NCBI GenBank assembly: GCA_965648915.1
Contig: CBFGIV010000002.1
Coordinates: 32,001 to 96,000, forward strand
Reading direction: 5' to 3'
Source: a candidate division WOR-3 bacterium
GTDB taxonomy: Bacteria > Hydrothermota > Tepidihabitantia > SM23-42 > CAYGYG01
Length of the DNA stretch: 64,000 nt
Position numbers and translations under genes: made by a program. Under the pieces are notes generated by a model. That model worked only from the letters and a program-made list of their open reading frames with translations, had not been told where the DNA came from and did not search any database. Positions 60,135 to 64,000 of this stretch are shown piece by piece; position 1 is the stretch's first letter; the number at the start of each line of letters is the position of its first letter.

Positions 60135-61108
60135 GTCTCCTCGTAAAAACTTTTTATCAGGAAGAAAAAGAGGATCTGCGCTTAGAACTAATTGCTGGCC
60201 ATAAGGGGCTGGGAACCCGTTATATTACAGTAGTTGATGTCTATCGGCCGATGCTTGCCCTTGCGGGTTTTACTGAGTATTTCTTAAAAGAGCGTATCCT
60301 GATTATCGGTAAGACCGAGACCGCGTACCTCGCAACCCTGAAACCTGCCCAGCAAAAAAAGGCGATCAAAACCGTGACGTCATTCACCCCACCGTGTATG
60401 ATCGTGGCGGAAGGACTGGATATCCCCAGGGATTTAATTGTTGAGGCGAGTCGTCTGTCAGTTCCTCTTTTTCGGACTTCAATCTCAACCACACCTTTCA
60501 TTCACCAGCTGACAAACTATTTAAGTTTCAAACTTGCTCCGAGATGTAATATCCATGGCACACTGGTTGATATCTTCGGTATCGGTGTATTGTTTATCGG
60601 TAAGGCGGGCATCGGTAAGAGTGAACTGGCACTCGATCTGGTCGAAAGGGGACATCGCCTTGTTGCTGATGATCTGGTACTTGTAACCAAAAGGGACAAT
60701 CTCTTGATCGGAACCGGTTGCGAGAAGAGCAACAAGTTGAAACATCACATTGAAATTCGCGGGGTGGGAATCGTTGATGTCTTCAGAATTTTTGGTGCCA
60801 AGGCGGTACGTAATCAGAAGAGAATCGAGGTTGTTGTTGAACTGGTTCTCTGGGATGAAACCAAGGATATCTATGAACGGGTCGGTATCGTTGACAACTA
60901 TAAGGAGATTCTGGGGATTTCGATACCGCATATTCAGATCCCGCTTGTTCCGGGCAAGAACGTCTCGACGATCATTGAGGTGATAGCGATTAATCAGTTA
61001 CTCAAACTGCGGGGGATCAATCCGGCCAAGGAGTATGATGAAGAATTGAAGCGAGTGATGAAACGGAAAGTAGTCGAGGAAGTACGGCTGGATGAGGATC
61101 TTGAATGA
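60131..61108 (+). CDS. hprK: HPr kinase/phosphorylase
   Basis: HGTLVDIFGIGVL..G..GIGKSELALDLVERGHRLVADD, IEIRGVGI. Confidence 0.95.
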   Translation: MSLLVKTFYQEEKEDLRLELIAGHKGLGTRYITVVDVYRPMLALAGFTEYFLKERILIIGKTETAYLATLKPAQQKKAIKTVTSFTPPCMIVAEGLDIPRDLIVEASRLSVPLFRTSISTTPFIHQLTNYLSFKLAPRCNIHGTLVDIFGIGVLFIGKAGIGKSELALDLVERGHRLVADDLVLVTKRDNLLIGTGCEKSNKLKHHIEIRGVGIVDVFRIFGAKAVRNQKRIEVVVELVLWDETKDIYERVGIVDNYKEILGISIPHIQIPLVPGKNVSTIIEVIAINQLLKLRGINPAKEYDEELKRVMKRKVVEEVRLDEDLE

Positions 61109-61228
61109 AAACTAAATCGTGTTGCTACCGACTTCGTTCTTGATCAACGATCTCGTTATGATTTCTATCATCAGATGTTTTGAAAAGATGGGATAGCATT
61201 TGAGGACGAAGGGTAACAGAAAAAAGAT

Positions 61229-61636
61229 ATGACTAAGGCAATAATCGTTGGTCACTATAACTTACCGAGGGCATTATCCGAGACCTTAGAATCGATTGTG
61301 GGCAAATTAGATGATGTTTTGTTCATCTCCAACACTGGCCTCTCCAGTGAGAAACTGACCCAGGAGGTCAAACGGGCGATTGATATCCTATCGCCCGAAG
61401 AGACGATTATCTTTGTTGATGTCCCTGGTGGTAGTTGTGCGATCTCCTGTTTAAATATATTGAAAACATTCAAAGGGATACCAGTTATCTGTGGGGTTAA
61501 TCTTCTGATGCTCTTAGAATTCTTCATTAACCGTGAACGATATCCCCGGGATAGATTAGTTGAGATCTTGGTTGCTAAGGGTAGAGAAAGTATCAAAAGG
61601 CTGGGCGGAAATGACCTCCAGGCCAAAAGAGGGTAA
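61229..61636 (+). CDS. PTS IIA, mannose/fructose type
   Basis: IIVGH, FVDVPGGS, GVNL.MLLE. Confidence 0.85.
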   Translation: MTKAIIVGHYNLPRALSETLESIVGKLDDVLFISNTGLSSEKLTQEVKRAIDILSPEETIIFVDVPGGSCAISCLNILKTFKGIPVICGVNLLMLLEFFINRERYPRDRLVEILVAKGRESIKRLGGNDLQAKRG

Positions 61637-63299
61637 GCCACTGGTTACAATTGGGGCGATGCTGGACCGTAGTGCCGAATATCGGCCTGACCGGATAGCC
61701 CTGAGAGCCAGGCGTGGCGATCGCTATTATGAAATGACTTACCAGGCGTTGAAAGAGAATGCACATCTTCTTGCCCTTGAGTTACGCGGACTCGGTCTCA
61801 AGAAGGGGGATCGCGTCGGACTCATCGGTGAAAACCGCCCTGAATGGGCGGTTGCCTATTTTGCAATTCAGAAGGCTAATCTGGTCGGGGTACCGCTCGA
61901 CCCGCAACTGAAAGAGAATGAAATAAGACACATCCTTAACGAAAGCGGAGCCCGGGCAGTCATTGCCGCGGGCAGTTTTGTCCATATGCTGAGTGAGATT
62001 AAAGAAGGTCTTCCTAATTTAAGGCATATCATCTCGATGGAAAATCTTGAAGCCGTTCTTAGAACCAAAGTCCCGAAGTCCTTTGAGATTAAAGAGGAAT
62101 CATCCATTGATGATCTTGCCCTTTTGATTTATACTTCAGGTACCACCGGTTCATCGAAAGGAGTAATGCTCAGCCATCGAAATATTATCAGTAATGTCGA
62201 TTCGATCTACCGATTCATCGAAGTGAATGAGTATGATAATTTTCTTTCGGTCTTGCCCCTCCATCATACATTTGAGGCAACCTGCGGCTTTCTTGTTCCC
62301 ATTTATAATAATGCGACGATCACCTATGCACCGAGTTTGAAATCGAAAGAGATTATTGAGACCATGCGGGAGACTTCGGTTACCTGTCTGTTAGGGGTCC
62401 CGCTCCTTTTTGAAAAATTTTATGATGGTATTCAGCGTAATATTAAGAAATCGCCCGTCCATAAGAGGCTATTTTTTAAGATTATGTATAGGGTCTCAAG
62501 CCGGATTCAACCTCTGGCCGGGCTTATCTTTAAGGGACTCAAGGAAAGATTAGGCATGGGTAAGATTCGTTACATAATATCGGGCGGAGCACCCCTCCCG
62601 GTGAAAATATCTTCGTTCTTCAATGGTCTTGGCATTCCGCTACTCCAGGGGTATGGCCTGACCGAGGCATCACCGGTCCTGACAGTTAATCCCCCGGATC
62701 GACCCCGGAATGCTTCGGTCGGTATTGCCATCCCGGATGTCAGGATTGCTATCGATCAGCCCAACGAGGATGGTATTGGTGAAGTGATTGCCACCGGGCC
62801 CAATATTATGCTGGGTTATTACCGGAATCAACAGGCAACTAATGAAGTACTGAGAGAGGGCTGGCTCTATACTGGTGATTTAGGTTACCTTGATAAAGAT
62901 GGTTATCTTTACATCGTCGGTCGTAAGAAGAGCGTTATCGTGACCGCCGGCGGTAAGAATGTCTACCCGGAAGAGATCGAAGAGATTCTGTTGAGGAGCC
63001 CTTATATAAAAGAGACAATTGTTCTACCCCGGTTAAATCCGAAAACAAACCAGGAAGAGGTCTACGCTATAATCCATCCTGACTATGAAAGGATCGACGA
63101 ACTGGCAACCAACGCGAAAAGAAATTTTACCGAAGCGGATATAGAACAATTGATTCGCTGTGAAATTAATAAACAGTGTGATTCAATTGCTGAATATAAG
63201 AGGGTTAGATCTTTTAAAATCCGGGAAGAAGAATTTCCCAAGACAACGACCAAGAAGATCAAACGTCATCTATTTGAAAAAGAGATTGTCCAGGTTTAG
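61611..63299 (+). CDS. long-chain acyl-CoA synthetase (AMP-binding)
   Basis: YTSGTTGSSKGVML, QGYGLTE, TGDLG, GKNVYPEEIE. Confidence 0.9.
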   Translation: MTSRPKEGKPLVTIGAMLDRSAEYRPDRIALRARRGDRYYEMTYQALKENAHLLALELRGLGLKKGDRVGLIGENRPEWAVAYFAIQKANLVGVPLDPQLKENEIRHILNESGARAVIAAGSFVHMLSEIKEGLPNLRHIISMENLEAVLRTKVPKSFEIKEESSIDDLALLIYTSGTTGSSKGVMLSHRNIISNVDSIYRFIEVNEYDNFLSVLPLHHTFEATCGFLVPIYNNATITYAPSLKSKEIIETMRETSVTCLLGVPLLFEKFYDGIQRNIKKSPVHKRLFFKIMYRVSSRIQPLAGLIFKGLKERLGMGKIRYIISGGAPLPVKISSFFNGLGIPLLQGYGLTEASPVLTVNPPDRPRNASVGIAIPDVRIAIDQPNEDGIGEVIATGPNIMLGYYRNQQATNEVLREGWLYTGDLGYLDKDGYLYIVGRKKSVIVTAGGKNVYPEEIEEILLRSPYIKETIVLPRLNPKTNQEEVYAIIHPDYERIDELATNAKRNFTEADIEQLIRCEINKQCDSIAEYKRVRSFKIREEEFPKTTTKKIKRHLFEKEIVQV

Positions 63300-63309
63300 C
63301 GATACATCC

Positions 63310-63337
63310 TTGACATTTTTATCCCATTAGATATAAT
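63310..63337 (+). promoter_or_regulatory. promoter (probably leaderless)
   Basis: TTGACA-N16-TATAAT, 5 nt before ATG 63343. Confidence 0.72.
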
Positions 63338-63342
63338 TGATT

Positions 63343-63672
63343 ATGACCATTGAAGGTCCCTGGCGTCGGTTGATACCCGAACAGATCAAGAATGTACCTG
63401 ACTATCCTGGTGTGTATGAACTCGCCGATATACTTCAAGAGATGATTTATATCGGTAGTGCATCGAGTTTGGTTCAGGCGATCGAGCAGGTTTATGAGCG
63501 GAGGGATCCAGATTTGAAGACCGCGGCTTTTTTCCGTTTCCAGCTCACCCAGGACTATGAAAAAGAACATAAAAGATTACTTGAAGAATTCCGAGTGCAG
63601 TTTAATCGCCTGCCGGTCTGTAATGCTAAGAAAGAATTGGATAATCCTGATACTAATTCTAAATCAAGTTGA
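63343..63672 (+). CDS. small GIY-YIG-like domain protein
   Basis: PGVY...IYIG motif and terminal LP.CN. Confidence 0.6.
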   Translation: MTIEGPWRRLIPEQIKNVPDYPGVYELADILQEMIYIGSASSLVQAIEQVYERRDPDLKTAAFFRFQLTQDYEKEHKRLLEEFRVQFNRLPVCNAKKELDNPDTNSKSS

Positions 63673-63720
63673 TCTCTTTTCTGCACTTGACTTAATATCC
63701 ATTTTCGAATATCTTTTTTA

Positions 63721-64000
63721 GTGCGAAATTCAGGATCGAATGAATGGTTAAAGGCAAGACTGGAGATGGTTGAGAATCAGATCATAAGGAGGGGTATAAA
63801 GGATCAGCGGGTGATAGAGGCCCTTCGGCGTGTTCCCCGACACCGGTTTGTGGCGGATGCTTTTATCGGACAGGCGTATGAAGATTACCCGTTGCCAATC
63901 GGGTCGAATCAGACGATATCGCAGCCTTATATGGTGGCAGCAATGACCGAGTATCTGGAATTAAAAGGTAAAGAGAAGGTCCTCGAGATCGGGACCGGTT
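63721..64000 (+). CDS. pcm: protein-L-isoaspartate O-methyltransferase (3'-partial)
   Basis: Translated by hand: [16 protein letters not shown]...VPRHRFV...[24 protein letters not shown]......VLEIGTG. Confidence 0.92.
   Translation, partial: MRNSGSNEWLKARLEMVENQIIRRGIKDQRVIEALRRVPRHRFVADAFIGQAYEDYPLPIGSNQTISQPYMVAAMTEYLELKGKEKVLEIGTG

Overview
64-kb window of a diderm bacterial chromosome, standard code (TGA terminates many ordinary genes here). The mix of FlgD/T9SS-like C-terminal-domain proteins, a PorV-like gene, Lol/TonB, McsAB, HprK and RicT suggests an FCB-related candidate lineage such as WOR-3; this is an inference. Most of the window is housekeeping: recJ, an F1Fo ATP synthase operon, miaA-mutL, mcsAB, lolCD, lysS, der-plsY-gpsA, era, mazG, rsmG, ftsK, accA, hpf-hprK and two tRNA-Leu genes. 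Accessory blocks are an AT-richer rhamnose/xylose cluster with a truncated rhaD, an APC-USP-TrkA-TrkA-PTS IIA operon, and a PstS-like/TPR/ExbB/ExbD2/TonB2 operon. Best discovery: two in-frame ORFs (53384-53965 and 54038-55339) appear to be one 651-aa secreted selenoprotein. It has a Cys-UGA pair followed by a SECIS-like hairpin with the same AGGUCU apical hexamer as E. coli fdhF, a signal peptide, and a T9SS/FlgD-like C-terminal domain. Other notable signals: a family-5 solute-binding protein fused to a TonB C-terminal domain; 18 sigma70-type promoters with a 16-bp rather than 17-bp spacer, several apparently leaderless; and an ATP synthase operon that resembles Patescibacteria/Chloroflexota versions.
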